A stretch of DNA of 64,000 nt from Deltaproteobacteria bacterium. GTDB lineage: Bacteria > Myxococcota_A > UBA9042 > PHBI01. Below are positions 28,183-38,800 of the stretch, one piece after another. The stretch covers positions 758,190 through 822,189 of the forward strand of contig JACKFA010000004.1 of NCBI GenBank assembly GCA_020632715.1, in the 5' to 3' direction. The notes below the pieces were generated by a model that was given only the letters and a program-made list of their open reading frames with translations, was not told the DNA's origin and did not search any database. The translations under genes were made by a program, and so were the position numbers. Numbering within the stretch: position 1 is the first letter of the stretch; every line of letters starts with the position of its first letter.

Positions 28183-29508
28183 TCAGGCGGCCTGGCGTCG
28201 CCGGTCGCCGCCCTCCATCGCGCGCGCCCAGCGGGCCGCGCCGCGCTGCACGTCGTCGACCGTGACGTCGAGGGAGCCGAGGCGCTCGCGGGCGTCCTCG
28301 GCGAGCTCGGAGAGCTCCGTCAGGAGGCGCGCGAACTGCGCGCCGTGCGGGAGCTGCGCCGCGAGGGCCTTGCCGGTGACGTGGCTCAGCTGGATCGTGA
28401 GGAGGATGCGCCCGAGCGCGTCGAGGACGCCGCGGAAGACGTCGAGCGAGGCGCGCAGCTGCGCGAGGGACACGGCGCTCTCATGGCGCGCGTGGCCGCT
28501 CGCGGCGCCGAGGACGCGCGAGAGGTCGTCGAGCGTGCCGCCGTAGCGGGCGATCTGCTCGTCCCGGTCGAGGTCGTGGCCGCGTCGCCCGGCGGCGAAG
28601 GCGGCGATCTGCGCGTCGTAGAGGCGCGCCCGCGCCATGTTGACGGTGGCCTGCGTCGCGGCGGCCCGGAGGCGCCCGCTCTCCTGGCCGACCCGGCGCG
28701 ACTCGGCGCTGATGTGGGTGGCGACGCGCGACACCTCGTGGCTGATGGTCGCGAGGGCGCGCGCCTCGGGGTCGGCGCCCAGCCGCGCGGCGGCGACGGC
28801 CGCGTTGCTCGCCATGTGGCTCACGCTCGCGCCGAGCGAGCGCAGGAGCTCCTCGCGGGCGTCGAGCTGGGCGATGAGCTCGTCGAGGCGCTCGAGGCCG
28901 GCGGTGGCGGCCGCGGCGGCGCGGCGTCGCGGGGGCCCGTCGCCGTCCGCGGCGGCGCTCGCGAGGGCGGCGTCGCGGGCGGCGAGCTCGTCGCGGAGGG
29001 CGCGGTCGGCGAAGGCGTCGTAGGAGTCGAAGCCGAGGGAGGCGACGGCGGCGTGGAGGCGCTCGTAGGAGGCGCGCATGCCGGCGCGCCAGTCGTCGCC
29101 GTAGCTCTGCTCCTGCTCGAGGAGGTCGCGATAGAGCGAGACCACGGCGTGGAAGCGGGGCGACGTCGGCTTGAGGCGGACCGAGAGGAAGCCGCCGTCG
29201 TGGGGGGTGACCACGGCGAAGACCCAGTAGTGGGCGCCGTCCTTGGCGCGGTTCTTCACGTAGGCGCCGACGGCGCGGCCCGCGAGGAGGCGCTCCCAGA
29301 GGAGGAAGAAGACGCTCCGCGGCATGTGTGGGTGGCGGATGACGTTGTGCGGCGCCCCGAGGAGCTCGTCGCTCGCGTAGCCGGCGACGCGCAGGAAGAC
29401 CTCGTTGCAGCTCGTGATGACGCCCTTCTTGTCGGTGGTCGAGAAGAAGAGCTCCGAGACGTCGAAGGGCGCTTCGCGGTCGCGGACGGGTTGGGGGCGG
29501 ATCGCCAT
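28183..29508 (-). CDS. Soluble Aer-like PAS-domain protein with a degenerate methyl-accepting chemotaxis (MCP) signalling domain.
   Basis: PAS motifs ITSCNEVFLRVAGY and NVIRHPHMP. C-terminal helical region resembles the MCP signalling domain. Start at internal Met (MAIRPQPV); the 89 upstream codons are R/G/P-rich. Confidence 0.7.
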   Translation of the reverse strand: MAIRPQPVRDREAPFDVSELFFSTTDKKGVITSCNEVFLRVAGYASDELLGAPHNVIRHPHMPRSVFFLLWERLLAGRAVGAYVKNRAKDGAHYWVFAVVTPHDGGFLSVRLKPTSPRFHAVVSLYRDLLEQEQSYGDDWRAGMRASYERLHAAVASLGFDSYDAFADRALRDELAARDAALASAAADGDGPPRRRAAAAATAGLERLDELIAQLDAREELLRSLGASVSHMASNAAVAAARLGADPEARALATISHEVSRVATHISAESRRVGQESGRLRAAATQATVNMARARLYDAQIAAFAAGRRGHDLDRDEQIARYGGTLDDLSRVLGAASGHARHESAVSLAQLRASLDVFRGVLDALGRILLTIQLSHVTGKALAAQLPHGAQFARLLTELSELAEDARERLGSLDVTVDDVQRGAARWARAMEGGDRRRQAA

Positions 29509-29678
29509 GGGTTCGACACCTCGCGCGCGGTGAGCACGCGGTGGCTCGCGCGCCCAGTGATTGAGGCAACGGTCGAACCGCCGCGGACCTTGAGCCCCGC
29601 GCGCGCCCGACGCGCGCCGCGCGGTGGCCATGGCGGCCGAGGAGCGCGGCCCCATCGAGGTCCGCGCGGGGTCGTGCG

Positions 29679-31472
29679 TCAGCGCGCGCCGAGGACCAGG
29701 CGCCGCGAGGCCGCGTCGACCTCGTAGAGCGCCGCCGCGCGGGCCCCGTCCGGGCTCGCGTAGGGCGCGCGGCACGCGGCCACGGCCCCGCGCGCGAGGA
29801 GGCGCGGCGGCCCGGAGAGGTCGATCGGCGCGAGCCAGAGCGGCGCCTGCGCCCCGTCGGCGTCGTCGCGCTCGGCGAAGTAGAGGTAGCCCGCGCTCTG
29901 GAGGAGGCCGTCGCCGGGGCCGCCCGCCGAGCGGGTGACCCAGGGCTGGGCGCAGCGGTCGGCGAAGAGCGGGGCGTCGCGGCTCGGCGCGAACGCGAGG
30001 CGGTCGGTGAGCTGGGCGAGGCGGCGCGTGGCGAGGTCGAAGGCCCAGAGCCGGGACGCGTCCACGCCGAGGGTCTCGACGACGAGGGCGGTCCAGCGCT
30101 GGCGCGGCTCGCGGGCGGAGCCGCGCGACGGGGGCGCGCCGTTCGGTCCGCCGGAGAGCGTCACGACCTGCGCGATCGCGCCCTCGACGAGCGGCGTGAC
30201 GCCGCCGGGCTCGATGAGCTGCACCGCGCCGTCGGTGACCCAGAGCGCGGCCTCGTCGTCGCCGAGGACGCGGAGGCGCCCGGGGCCGCTCGCGAGGACC
30301 TCGCGCGCGCCGGTGGCCGGGTCGAGGCGCACGAGGGCGAGGGCGCCGTCGTCGCCGTGGGTCAGGAAGAGCGCGACGGCGGCGCCGCCGAGGAAGGCGA
30401 CCTCCCGGCCGGACTCCGGCGCCAGCGCGAGCTCGCGCGTCGCGACCTCCGCGAGCACGTCGAAGAGCGCGCAGGAGGCGAGGTCGCCGACGTGCCGCGA
30501 CGAGCAGGCGAGGAGCCAGCGGCCCGAGGCCGTGCGGCCCGCCCAGAGGTCGCCTTCGGGGAGCGTGAGGTCGTAGCGCGCGCCGTCGGGTGCCAGGACG
30601 CGGTCGACCTCGAGGGCCGAGCCGTAGCCGTCATAGGCGTGCACCCAGCCGCCGCCGACGCGCCAGCCGTCGACGCGATCGCCGAGGCGCACGGCGGGGA
30701 CGTCGGCGTCGCGCGGGTCCACGACGACGAGGGTCTCGCCCTCGAAGGCGATCCAGCGGCCGTCGGCGAGCTCCTGCGCGTAGGAGAGGGTCGCCGAGGC
30801 GCGGGCCATGGGCGCGTAGGGCGCCGTGGTGGCGCGCCAGCGGTCGGTGAGCGCGTCGCAGCTCCCGGGCGCGAGCCGGGCGTCGTGCAGCCAGGCGCCC
30901 TCCGGCGAGAAGGCCGAGCCGAAGAAGACCAGCGTGCGCGCGGGCTCGTCGACGAGGGCCTCGCCGCTCGCGACGGCGACGAGCTCGAGGCGGCCGTCGA
31001 GCACGACGGCGGCGCCGTCGTCGACCTGGCAGAGGGAGCGGGTCCCGGCGACGAGGGCGAGCAGTGAGCCGTCGGGGGAGACGACGCCGCCGTGCCCGAG
31101 GAAGCGGCTGTCGCGGGCGCGGACCGGGGCGCCCGCGGCGTCGAGCCAGGCGTAGTCGCAGCCGTGCTCCTCCGCGCAGCCGCCGCCGACGACGGCGCCG
31201 CCGGCGTGCACGGCGACGAGGTCCTGCGCGCCGAGGGTCGCCTCGACGGTGGCGAGCGGGGCCCCGCGGGCGTCGCGCCAGTCGAGGCGCGCGAGCGGCG
31301 GGTCGGGGGCGCGCGTGTCGTCGTCGGCGCCGGTGTCGCCGGGGGCGGTGTCCGCGACGGTGTCGTCGGCGGTGTCGCCGTCGTGGGCGTCGTCGCGGGC
31401 GGGGCCGTCGCCACCGCACGCGCTGGAGAGCAGCGCGCCGACCATCAGGACACCGAACCAGGCCTGGCTCAT
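29679..31472 (-). CDS. Hypothetical lipoprotein, ~600 aa, possible beta-propeller.
   Basis: MSQAWFGVLMVGALLSSAC signal/lipobox. Balanced composition. Confidence 0.65.
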   Translation of the reverse strand: MSQAWFGVLMVGALLSSACGGDGPARDDAHDGDTADDTVADTAPGDTGADDDTRAPDPPLARLDWRDARGAPLATVEATLGAQDLVAVHAGGAVVGGGCAEEHGCDYAWLDAAGAPVRARDSRFLGHGGVVSPDGSLLALVAGTRSLCQVDDGAAVVLDGRLELVAVASGEALVDEPARTLVFFGSAFSPEGAWLHDARLAPGSCDALTDRWRATTAPYAPMARASATLSYAQELADGRWIAFEGETLVVVDPRDADVPAVRLGDRVDGWRVGGGWVHAYDGYGSALEVDRVLAPDGARYDLTLPEGDLWAGRTASGRWLLACSSRHVGDLASCALFDVLAEVATRELALAPESGREVAFLGGAAVALFLTHGDDGALALVRLDPATGAREVLASGPGRLRVLGDDEAALWVTDGAVQLIEPGGVTPLVEGAIAQVVTLSGGPNGAPPSRGSAREPRQRWTALVVETLGVDASRLWAFDLATRRLAQLTDRLAFAPSRDAPLFADRCAQPWVTRSAGGPGDGLLQSAGYLYFAERDDADGAQAPLWLAPIDLSGPPRLLARGAVAACRAPYASPDGARAAALYEVDAASRRLVLGAR

Positions 31473-31565
31473 CGCGACCTCCGGGCACCTCTCGCTCGCG
31501 AGCGAGAGGCTCTGCCAGAGCCGCCCGGGTCGACGCAAGCGGCGGCGCGTCCGCGCCGCGCGGCG

Positions 31566-33059
31566 TCACAGCGAGTAGACGGCGACCTGCTGCTCGCGCC
31601 CCTTGACGGCCTGCGCCCCGTGGGGGGTGGCGCGGGCGCGGAGCTCGGCGGGGAGCGCGTCGTGGACGTCCTGGCTCACGAGGATGTCGGTGGCGAGGGC
31701 GGTGTTCATCGCCTCGAGCCTGGCGGCGAGGTTCACGGTGTCGCCGAGGACGGCGTACTTCAGGCGCACGCGGCTCCCGAGGCTGCCGGCGACGACGGCG
31801 CCCGTGTGGACGCCGATGCGCGCCGAGAGGCGCGGGACGCCGCGGGCCTGCCAGAGCTCGGCGGTGCCGTCGCCCTCCCAGGCGTCGTTCAGGGCGTCGA
31901 GGCGGGCGCGCATGGCGAGGGCGCAGCGGGTGGCGCGCTCGGCGTGGTCGGGGAGGGCGTCGGGGGCGCCGAAGACGACGAGGATCCCGTCGCCCAGGAA
32001 CTCGATGACGCAGCCGCCGTGGGCGTCGATGACGTCGTTCATCGCCTCGAGGTATTGGTTCATCAGCGCCAGGATCTGCGGCGGCTCGAGGTGCTCGCTG
32101 AGGCGCGTGTAGCCGCGCAGATCGGAGATCAGCACGGTGACGCGCCGCTCCTCGCCGGCGAGCCCGCCGCCGGTGCGGTTCGCGAGGAGCTTCCGGGCGA
32201 CGTCCTCCGAGACGTAGCGGCCGAACGTGGCGCGGATGAAGTCGCGCTCCTCGAGGCCGGCGGCCATGGCGTCGAAGTGGCGCCCGAGGACGCCGAGCTC
32301 GTCGTCGCGGTCGATGGCGACGCGGGCGGTGAGGTCGCCGGCGGCGATGGCCTCGGTGCCGGAGACGATGCGCGCCATGGGGCGGCGGAGGAGGCGGGCG
32401 ACGCCGAGGGAGGCGAGGACGAGGAGGGCGAGGGCGCCGGCGTAGGTCGCGGCGGCGACGCCGAGGAGGCGGGCCTTCATGCGGTCGACGCGGGCGGCGT
32501 CGACGTCGACGCCGAGGAGGGCGCGGGCGGGGCCGCCGCCGCTCGGGCGGATGGGGGCGAAGCCGCTGATGGAGACGCCCCAGGCGTCGGGGACGGGGTC
32601 GTGGTCGACGGCGGGGTGGTCGAAGCCGGCGATCATGTTGTCGTAGCGGGTGGCGTCGTAGAGGTCGCCGAAGGCGGCGGGGGCGGCGCGGACGTCGGTG
32701 TCGACGAGGAAGCGGAGGCGCCTCGGGTCGGGGGTGCGGGCGAAGACGTAGATGCTGGCGAGCTCGGGCTCGCGCTCGATGATGGCGGTGAAGCGGCGGA
32801 CGAGCTCGACGCGGTAGGGGTCGTCGGCGGCGTCGATGGCGGCGAGGCGGTCGGCGTCGACGAGGCCGGCGAGGGAGACGGCGGTCAGGCGGAGGCGGCT
32901 CCAGAGGTTCGCGAGCTCGGCGTCGACGGCGAGGTGGTAGACGAAGACGGCGGCCGGCGTCAGGACGAGGAGGAGCGCGAGGCCGTAGACGGCGGTGAGG
33001 CGCACGTGGATGCGCTGCCAGAGGCGGAGACCGGCGAGGGTCGAAGTCGTGCGGCTCAC
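31566..33059 (-). CDS. Class III adenylate/guanylate cyclase with N-terminal TM, periplasmic sensor region, second TM and HAMP-like segment.
   Basis: Cyclase motifs RVTVLISDLRGYT and FLGDGILVVFGAP. Confidence 0.85.
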   Translation of the reverse strand: MSRTTSTLAGLRLWQRIHVRLTAVYGLALLLVLTPAAVFVYHLAVDAELANLWSRLRLTAVSLAGLVDADRLAAIDAADDPYRVELVRRFTAIIEREPELASIYVFARTPDPRRLRFLVDTDVRAAPAAFGDLYDATRYDNMIAGFDHPAVDHDPVPDAWGVSISGFAPIRPSGGGPARALLGVDVDAARVDRMKARLLGVAAATYAGALALLVLASLGVARLLRRPMARIVSGTEAIAAGDLTARVAIDRDDELGVLGRHFDAMAAGLEERDFIRATFGRYVSEDVARKLLANRTGGGLAGEERRVTVLISDLRGYTRLSEHLEPPQILALMNQYLEAMNDVIDAHGGCVIEFLGDGILVVFGAPDALPDHAERATRCALAMRARLDALNDAWEGDGTAELWQARGVPRLSARIGVHTGAVVAGSLGSRVRLKYAVLGDTVNLAARLEAMNTALATDILVSQDVHDALPAELRARATPHGAQAVKGREQQVAVYSL

Positions 33060-33313
33060 GCGGCGAGGGTAGTCCTTGGCGCGTCGGAGCGCGAGGGGCG
33101 CCGCGGCGCGCGGTTACTCGGGGCGGGGGTGGGGCGAGACGTCCGGGTGATTTCGCCTCACCCGGGAGGCGGCGCGGGGCGGGGCGCCTCGTCGCCGGGC
33201 GCGGGGGCGGGTGGCGCTCACGCAGTCAGGGACGCGGTCGTCGGGGATGTGGCGGCGCTGGCATGGGTCTTGAGTCGCTCGGGGCGCGACCCATCACCGA
33301 AGGAGCGTTCGAG

Positions 33314-33604
33314 ATGCGCCTCACCACGACAGTCATCGCCGGATTCAGCCTGTTTGCCCTCGCCCTCGGCGGTTGCCCCCGGGACGACGCGAAGATCGTG
33401 ACGCCGCAGCCGCCGGTGGTCGTCACGACGCCGGCGGCGGCGCCGTCCGGCAGCGCGGCCGCCCCGGCGAAGCCCGACAACGGCGTCCACATCCGCGCCG
33501 GCAAGAACGGCGGCGAGGTGAACGTCGAGAACGGCCAGGCCACGATCGGCGTGCGCTTCGGGAAGGACGGCAACGTCGACCTCGAGGTCGACAAGGACGA
33601 GTAG
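33314..33604 (+). CDS. Small lipoprotein, 96 aa.
   Basis: MRLTTTVIAGFSLFALALGGC lipobox. AAGGAG RBS 9 nt upstream. Confidence 0.6.
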   Translation: MRLTTTVIAGFSLFALALGGCPRDDAKIVTPQPPVVVTTPAAAPSGSAAAPAKPDNGVHIRAGKNGGEVNVENGQATIGVRFGKDGNVDLEVDKDE

Positions 33605-33646
33605 CTCGGGCGGCGCGCGCTCGTCCGCGCCGACCTCGTCAGCGCC

Positions 33647-34990
33647 TCACTTCTGGAGCTCGTCCGTCGAGACGAGGTCCATCTTCGCGAGCTCTTCGGC
33701 GGTCGGGAAGCGCGCGACGAGGTAGCGCGGCGGGTAGGCGTCGGGGAGCGTCGTGATCGCGTCGCCGAGCACCTTCCGGAGCTCGACCCAGCGCGCGGCG
33801 CCGAGGACCTTCGCGTCGTCGCCGGTCCCGTCGCGGAGGAGCACGAGGTCGGCCTCCGGCAGGTAGGCCTTCTCACCGCGCGAGAGGACCGCCACGGCGC
33901 TGAAGCCGAGGTCCCCGTAGCGGGCCACGAAGCGAGGCGCGACCGGCGTCTTGTCCCCCTTCGCCGCGAGCAGCGCCGCGAGGGGCTCGCTCAGGCTGCC
34001 GTAGGCGTCGAAGCGGTCCATGAACCGCATCTGCGCGACGAGCGCGAGGGGCCCGGCCGCCGGCTCGACCTCGGTGGGGACGCCATCGGCGCCCGGCGCC
34101 ATGGCGATGAGGGAGACGCCGCGCGGCGCCTCCTTGTGGACCGTCATCGCCAGGGTCGCCGCGTGCGCGACCGCCTCGGCGTCCGTCGCGATCGCCACGA
34201 CGAGCACCTCGGGGGAGGGCGCGAACACGATGAGCTGCTCGGTCTTCGCGCCGACGAGCGCCGCGAGGGCCTTCGGGGTCCAGAGCGCGTAGGAGCTCGT
34301 GTAGGCGTGCCCCTCGAGGAGCCAGGCGCCGCCGCCGACGTCGGTCACCTGCGGCTTCGGCTGCGCCGCGAGGTTCTCGCGCGCGATGGCGAGGGCGCGG
34401 TCGAAGTCGAGCTTCCAGTCGGCGAGCTCCGACGCGTTCGCGTAGCGGATGCTCTCGGGCTGGTCGATCGCGACGAGCAGCACGAGGTCCTCGCCGATGG
34501 CGCGCACCGGGGGCAGGCTCGTCGGCTCCGTGGCGTGCGTCTCGATGGCCGCCCGCGCCGCGTGCAGGCGGAACGCCTCACGCCAGGCGCGCGCGCGGAT
34601 GACGGGCATCAGGAGCTTCCGCGCGTCGCCGCCGTCGAGGGAGCCGGCGAACTGGTTGCCGCTGAAGATGCTCGCGAACACGCGCGCGGCGCGCTCCACG
34701 GGCGCGTCGTCGTCGCTCTGGCAGCGGTCCCGGAGCGTGTTGCCGAGCCCCATCAGCTGGCCGCGATCCCCGCTGCCGAGGGTGAAGCCCTCGGCGTCGT
34801 AGGCGATGTCGCCGGTGACGCCGGCGGCGCGGAGGACCGCCTTCATGTACGCGGCGAACGCGGCGCGGTCGTCGGCGTCGCCGTCGCACCAGGCGCGATC
34901 GAAGCTCGGCGCCGCGGCGTGGGCCGGGGCGGCGCCGGCGAGGAGCGTGGCGGCGACGACGATGGAGAGAAGGCGAGCTCTCGTTCGCAT
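33647..34990 (-). CDS. Secreted hypothetical protein, 447 aa.
   Basis: Signal peptide MRTRARLLSIVVAATLLAGAAPAHA. The N-terminal 198 codons of track ORF 33647..35584 are junk-like. Confidence 0.65.
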   Translation of the reverse strand: MRTRARLLSIVVAATLLAGAAPAHAAAPSFDRAWCDGDADDRAAFAAYMKAVLRAAGVTGDIAYDAEGFTLGSGDRGQLMGLGNTLRDRCQSDDDAPVERAARVFASIFSGNQFAGSLDGGDARKLLMPVIRARAWREAFRLHAARAAIETHATEPTSLPPVRAIGEDLVLLVAIDQPESIRYANASELADWKLDFDRALAIARENLAAQPKPQVTDVGGGAWLLEGHAYTSSYALWTPKALAALVGAKTEQLIVFAPSPEVLVVAIATDAEAVAHAATLAMTVHKEAPRGVSLIAMAPGADGVPTEVEPAAGPLALVAQMRFMDRFDAYGSLSEPLAALLAAKGDKTPVAPRFVARYGDLGFSAVAVLSRGEKAYLPEADLVLLRDGTGDDAKVLGAARWVELRKVLGDAITTLPDAYPPRYLVARFPTAEELAKMDLVSTDELQK

Positions 34991-35146
34991 CCGGACCTCT
35001 GCGCGTGTCGATTGTGGAGACCACACCGTATCGCACACGAGAGTGTTGAAGTGAACGGTTCTCACATTTTCCGCCACGGTCCGCGTTTCCGCCCGCTCGC
35101 GGCCGCCCGGCTCGCCGGGGAGCGCGGCGCCTGCTATGCTCGCGGC

Positions 35147-35653
35147 ATGTTCGAGTACGACGACGAGCCCCGCTACGATGTCCTCATCACGCCGGGGCGC
35201 GACGGCTTCCGCGTCGCGGACCAGGGCGTCCGCGCGCTGCTCTCCTACTTCACGATGACGCAGCTGCTCGCCCTCCGCGAGCAGGTCGACGGCGACGGCT
35301 GGACCGAGCTCTTCCTCGATCCGGATCAGTTCGCGCACCACCTCTTCCGCGACGGCCCGGCGCCACCGGGCGGGGCGCCCCTCATCGAGGCGATCCTGCG
35401 CGTCGGCGCCGCCGCGACCGGCCAGCCCTACGGCGCCCAGCTCGGCCGCGACATCCACGTCTACCTCGAGCTCGTGGGCGCGCGCTGGCCGGACGTGGCG
35501 AAGGACTTCCTCGACAAGCTCCAGCAGATCGTCTGGATGCGCCCGCAGACGAGCGTGAAGCCGCACGCGCCGCCGCCGCCCCACGCCCCCGGCCGCGCCG
35601 CCGCCGTGCGCCGCGAGGCCCGCGCCGCCGCCCAGGTCGTCGACCGCGACTGA
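35147..35653 (+). CDS. Hypothetical cytoplasmic protein, 168 aa.
   Basis: 3' part of track ORF 34136..35653 from an internal ATG (MFEYDDEPRYDVLITPG). Balanced composition. Confidence 0.5.
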   Translation: MFEYDDEPRYDVLITPGRDGFRVADQGVRALLSYFTMTQLLALREQVDGDGWTELFLDPDQFAHHLFRDGPAPPGGAPLIEAILRVGAAATGQPYGAQLGRDIHVYLELVGARWPDVAKDFLDKLQQIVWMRPQTSVKPHAPPPPHAPGRAAAVRREARAAAQVVDRD

Positions 35654-35822
35654 CCTCTCGCGCGCGGACTCCGCCTCCCCGCGCCGCGCCGAAGCCGCCC
35701 GGCGCGAGGCTGCGCGCTCCTGGGTTCGACGACCGGTGACACCGACGCCGACGACGCCGTCACGGCGTCCGCGGCCGCGCGATATGGTCCGGATCTACGT
35801 CACCGTGCACGCCGGAGCCTCG

Positions 35823-38800
35823 ATGTCCCGCCTAGCCCTCGTCGCCGCCTGCGCCGCGCTCGTCGCCTGCGGCGACGCCGCCGCCCCCGGCGTCGGTAGC
35901 CCCGGCGTCACCGTGGCCATCGCGCCCCTCACCCTCGACGGCGTCGTCGACGCCGAGTACCGCGTGCGCGTCGCGGCCGGCGGCGAGGTCGTCTGGGAGC
36001 GCGTCCTGACCTCGGGCGCCTACGGCGACGGCGCGGGCGGCGTCAGCTATGTGGGCCCCTGCGACGCGTCCTTCGCGACGAACGACGTCACGGTCACGCT
36101 CCTGTCGCTCCGCGACGCCACGGGCCCGCTCGCGGCCGGCTCGTGGAGCCCCCCGCCGCCGGCGACCAAGGCGGCGCCGTGCTCGCCGAGCGCCGACACG
36201 CGCGTCGACTTCGACCTGACCGTCGCCCGGGCCGCCCGCCAGGGCTTCTTCGACGTCGCGGTCGAGCTCGACGACGTCTTCTGCTCGGCCAAGCTCGACT
36301 GCGGCGCGACGACCGCCGTCGCCGACGACCTGCTGCTCCTGCAGGACCCGATCACCGGCGAGCGCGCCACCACCGCCGTGCTCGGCTTCGCGTGCACGGC
36401 CGGCCCGGAGAGCGACGCCGCGACGACGCTCTACCTCGACGACGTCGTCATCCGCTGCGACGGCCGCCCGGACACGGTCGTCGCCGTCGGCGCGCCCGGC
36501 CGGGTCGACCTCGGGACCCTCCCGAGCGCGAACCCCGATGGCTACTTGTTCGACGCCGTCGTCTACGCCGGCGAGCAAGCCAGCGGCGGCGTCGTGTACT
36601 GGAACGTCGCCCTCGGGCTCGACCGCGCCGCGTTCGCGGCGAGCGGCGCCTGCTCGCTCTCGACCGTCGGCACGGCGTCGAGCGGCCCGCTCGAGGGCGG
36701 CGCGACCCCGGCTGGCGCGACGTGGCCGGTCATCGTCTGGGACGTGCCGCTCAGCGACGCGAGCGGGCGCGTGTGCACGGAGCACGAGGTCGGCGATCCC
36801 GGCGGGCGCGTGGTCATCGACTACCGCGGCCCCGACGTCCCCGAGGTCTTCGACCGCGGCCGTGACGCCGGTGGGCCGGTCGGTGGCGGCGGCGGCGGCG
36901 GCGAGAGCGGCGGGAACATCGCGTTCGTGCCCGAGGCCGGCCCGAAGACCGTCGGCGCGGGCCTCGAGGCGCCGCTGACCGTCCTCCTGCCGGCCCCGGT
37001 CGACGCGCCCGAGGGCGCGACGATCACCATCGCGAGCGGCGATCCCTCGCGCCTCCTGCTCGCGACGAGCGGCGCCACCGCCGGCGCCGCGAGCGTCGAG
37101 CTCACGTACGCGAACGGGATCCAGTCGCACACGCTCTGGATCCAGGGCGTCCCGGGGGCGGCCGGCGACGTCGTCATCACGGCGACGCGCGGCGGCGAGA
37201 CGAGCTGGCAGAGCGTGTCCGTCGTGGCGCCGATGCTCCACCTCGAGGCGCTCGCGGGCGACCGCCGCGCGACCGCCGTCGACGCCATCCCGGACGACAC
37301 GTTCGTCGTGCAGACGGGGATCCCGAACCCCGAGGCCGTCATCGGCTTCAGCGTGCAGCGCGTGAGCGCCGCCGCCGGCCCGCTCACGGTGACGATCGCG
37401 TCCTCCGACCCCGCGGTGGCCACCGTCGCGACCGCGTCCGGCGCCGCCGCGACACAGACGCGCACCATCGCGCCGAACGTCTACACGACGCCGCTCCCCC
37501 TCGCGTCGGGCGGCCTCGCGGCGCGCTTCCCGGCGCCCCCGGTGGCGGGGACCACGACCATCACGGCGTCGGCGCCCGGCTTCACCACGGCGACGCAGGC
37601 GCTGACGGTGTCCGTCGTCGCGACCTACACCTACTTCGACGACGACCTCCCGACGCTGCTCGGCGGCGGGCTCCAGGTCGGGATCCCCATCGGGCTCAGC
37701 GACCCCTCCCACGGCGGGCGCGTCGCCACCGTCACCGTGAGCGACCCGTCGATCGCCGTCGTGTCTTCGAGCCGCACGGGCGCCGGTGGCGCGTCGGTCG
37801 ACCTGACCTACGTGAACGGCGACAACCTCGAGACGGTGTGGTTCCAGGGCGTCCCGGGCGCGACCGGGACGGTCGACGTGCTCGTGACGTGCCCCGGGTT
37901 CGCCGACTCGTGGGGCACCATCGCGGTGCGGCCGGGGACGATGGACATCGAGGTGCTCGCCCCGTACCAGACGGTGGCGTCGACGCAGACGCCGGCGGAC
38001 GACCCGTTCCGCGTGCGCTTCGGCGTGCTCGACGCGGCCGGGACGACCTACACGCCGCAGGAGGTGTCGGGGGCGGTCGCGCCGCTGGCGGTGACGTTCG
38101 CGCTGAGCGGCGCCGCGGTGGGCGAGCTCTACACGGCGACGGAGCGCGGGAGCGCCGTGGTGCTCGCCATCCCCGCGGGGACGATCGCCACTGGCAACAC
38201 CACGGGGACGGGGGGCGTGGCGCTCGACTTCTTCGGGCCGCCGCCCGTGCAGGGGACGGTCACGGTGAGCGCGACGGCGCCGGGCTTCGCGGCCACGGCG
38301 CTCTCGTCGCAGACCGTGCAGGTCAGCGTCTCCGCGGCCACGATCACCTTCACGACGATCCCGGCGAAGGTCGGCGCGAGCTTCTCCGAGACGCTCATCT
38401 ACAACCTGAGCGCCGCCCCCACGGGCGGGTCGACGGTCGTCCACTTCGAGGTGAGCGACTTCTCGAAGGCGGCCGTCGCGCCGCTCGACGCGTCGATCGG
38501 CGGCGAGACGCTCGACGTGGTCGTCAACAGCGGCGGCTACCGCAACATCCGGATCCACGGGCGGCGCGGCGCGACCGGCTCGGTCACGATCACGGCGACG
38601 AGCCCGGGCTACCTGCCGGCGTCGACCACGGTCCCCATCGTGCAGGGCTACATCGCCATCACCGGCGGCTGGAACGCCTCGGTGACGACGACCGCGGGCA
38701 CCCCGATCGCGGACTACAGGTTCTCCGTCGGGGTCGGCTACTCGAACACCGGCACGGGCATCAACACGAACGCCGTCATCGCCGGCACGGACGCGCCGCT

